A stretch of DNA of 64,000 nucleotides from Camelus dromedarius. Its lineage: Eukaryota. This document shows positions 51,498 through 64,000 of this stretch, one piece after another. The first letter of the stretch is position 1. Each line of letters starts with the position of its first letter. The position numbers and the translations under genes are program-made. Location: contig NC_087459.1 in assembly GCF_036321535.1 (NCBI RefSeq), positions 7,998,001-8,062,000 on the forward strand, given 5' to 3'. The notes below the pieces were generated by a model. It did no database searches. It worked only from the letters and a program-made list of their open reading frames with translations, and had not been told where the DNA came from.

Positions 51498-52484
51498 CTG
51501 CAAGAAGGCACCTTGGGGCTCGCCATTAGGGCTGATGAGGGGAGCCGCCCCCAGGTGGAGCCTGTGGTAATGGGGACCCAAGTCCCTACTGAGTGTGCCC
51601 AATGAGCTCACTGTGGCTCATCCCAGTGGGTGACAGCACAGCCCAGGGAGGGCTGTCCATGGCAGGAAGCTCAGGTTCAGAGAGGTCCACACTCCCACCT
51701 GAGGACACACAGCATTGAGCAGCAGAAACAGGACAGTGCCTGCCTGGTCAGCTCCAGAGGGAGTGCCTGGGCTGTGAGGTGACCGGGGGTCAGGAGGCAG
51801 CAGTATATCATGTGGCCCAGACCATTGCGTAGGCCCTTACCTGGACAGCCCCCCAGCTCACCTGATTCAGCTTTACTAGCAGGCCCCGTCCGTGGCTTTG
51901 GCCACTGCTGAGAGTCCCAGGGCCTAGCACCCCACAGCTAGACCACAGGGCAGTTGGGGGATGAAGGTAGGGGAGGGTGGAGGAAGGTAGGAAAGTCAGA
52001 GCTGGAAGGCCCTGGGGCCTGGGGGAAGTGCATGAAGTGTGAAGGGGTGAGCTCCCACCCTCATATCTCTCCTTCCAAAACAATGCCACGGTAGGGAGGG
52101 CAGAGAAGTGCGGGCTCTTCTGGAACCTTCTTTCTCACCAGAACCTCATGATTTCATGGCCCAACTGCCAGTGGAACCTGAGCCTTCAGCTTTCCTGTCC
52201 AGTGAGGCCTGCCCAACTGCCCACTTTGGGAAGGACTGGAGGGGGTGTGGCTGCTGGCCTGAGACAGAGTCAGGAGCCCCTGGCCTGGCCTGGGTGGGAG
52301 TGGTGGGGAGGCCCAGACCAACCGAGCACAGCCAGTCCCACCCCCGAGGCCTTGAGGACACAGAGGACCACAGGACGGGGCCTACAAGAGACCCTGCAGA
52401 GCGGCTGCCCCCGTGACTCCAGCTTCCCTTATAGCCACAGTGAGAAAGTGAGAAGAGACGGTGGGCTTTATCCTAATAGTCCGT

Positions 52485-52490
52485 TTTATT
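52485..52490 (-). terminator. CLCN7 polyadenylation signal
   Basis: AATAAA on minus about 1.8 kb after the CLCN7 stop; the first canonical hexamer I found in the 3' UTR. Confidence 0.7.
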
Positions 52491-54300
52491 TGATCTGGTG
52501 TAACTTAGGCACTGTCACATCAACACAAATCAACACAGGCTGCGGAGACAGCACGTACTCTCCTCACACCTCGTCCTGGAGCCTGGGTGGGGTGTGGGCC
52601 ATGTCACGTGTGCAGTCAGTGAGGATACAGGGCCCTCACCTGGCCCAGGTGGTCCACTCTCTCTGCACTGTTGGCCACTCACGAGGGCTGGAGGGGCTTC
52701 CCTGTGACACAGTGAACAGCCCAAAGGCAACCACTCGCCTGGGGAGCTCGATGCCTGTAGGCAGCAACACCACACACCTTGGAGCTCAGCGTGTCGGGTA
52801 CAAGGCAGCTTCGGAGCTGCGTGCTGATGTCCTGGGTGTACCCAAGCTTGGGGCAGGGAGGGTGGGTGAGGACACAGTAGGAAGAAAACAGAGCCTTCCC
52901 CAAGGGCTCTGTGGGACTCCCAAGAGCGATCAGGCCAGACATCTGCATGAGGATGGTGGCTGGGGGCCCCCCTCCTGTGGGACATGGGGAGGCCCCTGGT
53001 TCTTTCCCACTTAAGGTCTCTGAGCCTATCACCTGTGTCCCCTCTTCCCCCAAGGGGCATCCACCCTGGGTCACTGCCCATCTGCAATGCACAGAAAGGA
53101 GAGTCCCGTTCTGGGTCACCCCACCCCCAGAGTGCCTGTGAATCTCAGGATGCTGGACCATGGTCCATACCGAGTGGGAAAGAGGAAGCTGGCACCAGCA
53201 GTCTGTGTACAGTTTGTTTATTTCTCCCATTCAGACACCCATACTTGGACCCCTACATTCCCCAGAGGGCTCCCCCACCAGGAAGAGAGCAGCCTTTCAA
53301 GGTCCCCACCCCCTTGAAACGGGCTAAAACTGAAGTGCAGCACCTGCCAACCCACAACAGCACACATGTTCCTCATTACAGAAGTGGGCGGGGGAGGGGG
53401 TGAGTCACTTTAGAAAAAAAGTCTGGTGGGGCACTGGGGATACAGGATCCCATATCTGGCCTGCCCAGCCCAGGACAGGCGTGGTTCTGCTCTGGGCTCA
53501 CCAGCCCATCCCAGAACTCACCTGCCCCAACCCTGGAAGCAGAGCTGCTCCAGAACACTGGCTCATGCCAGGGATCCTCGGAGGCTCATGGGGGCCCCCA
53601 CATGCTGAAGAGATCCACCATCCCCGTGCCATCCACACAGGCTCAGTGACAGAGGCAGAGGTGGATTCTGGGTCCAGGTCCACAGCACCGAGTGGGGTGT
53701 GGCCCAGGGGGGATATGTGTTGAGTCTAGGAGTCCAGCTCTGGGGTCTGCTCTCCAGGGCAGTCCTGCTCCCCTAAGCCCTCGCCTCCCTGCGTCCAGCT
53801 TGGGTCTCTCTCTGCTCAGACCCAAAACCTCATGGCTGCAGACTGAGCTGAGGGCTGAGAACAAGATCCAAGGCCTCCAGTACAGCCTGAAGTTGCCCAG
53901 ACATCGAGCTGCCAGTGCTCAGGGTGCAGTCCTTCTGCACTGGCCCCCAGGATGACAGGGGGCACAGAAGCAGCAATGGCTCCGTCCTGGGGGCTGCAGC
54001 ATTTGGACCCACAGGGCTCAGCTAACCAGCTGTTAGGCACATAATCACACGCACACAGACACACGCATGAGCACGCACAAGCTCTCAGGGAGAGTTGCAC
54101 AAAATGCTCCCCAGAGATCAGGGAACAGGGGGCTGGCGCGTGAAAACTGAGGGGCTGAGACAGGAGGTGAGGAAATGGGGGTGAGAATGCAAACAAAGAG
54201 CCCACAAGAGTCACACGCTGGCCAGGATGTCCCCAGGGTCTGGATCCATGCTGCCTGGGGAATGAGGTGGGGGTTCCGGGGGAAGTGCCAGGGCTGGATC

Positions 54301-63844
<9,544 letters not shown>

Positions 63845-64000
63845 CTGGAACACAAAAGATGACATCCCAAGTCTGATTAAAGGGCACACACGATCTGAGA
63901 ACCTGAGCCACAGACTGAACACATGGGGGACCCTAACCACTGAGCCGCCGAGCGGGTACGAGCACCCGCAGTGGGGGTCCCGGGGGTGGGCTTGTGCTCT

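Overview
Mammalian genomic DNA, almost certainly from a camelid: it carries repeated tRNA-Ala-derived Vic-1-type SINEs (ggggagggtatagctcagtggtagagc...). It is the block syntenic to human 16p13.3. Five genes were reconstructed by hand from GT-AG boundaries with consistent phases: UNKL coding exons 1-9 (minus, 28997->4388; the 3' half lies outside the window), UQCC4/C16orf91 (minus, 2 exons), PERCC1 (plus, single coding exon), CCDC154 coding exons 2-17 (minus; start exon unresolved) and CLCN7 exons 8-25 (minus; 5' part outside the window). The remainder is intron or intergenic DNA with SINE, L1, L2, MaLR and ERV relics and one 379-nt N gap. I found no new multi-gene system, and nearly all short ORFs in the track are spurious. 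The most interesting signals are: a TSD-flanked tailless 5'-half tRNA-Ile retrocopy that may record I34 editing; a candidate intronic-polyadenylation or alternative terminal exon that would truncate UNKL after zinc finger 5; an intronic CpG promoter-like element in UNKL; a ONECUT/NKX2-motif cluster upstream of PERCC1; no visible orthologous ATG for CCDC154; and a probable PERCC1/CCDC154 3' antisense overlap. Comparisons with human proteins and exon sizes are from memory, not from a search.
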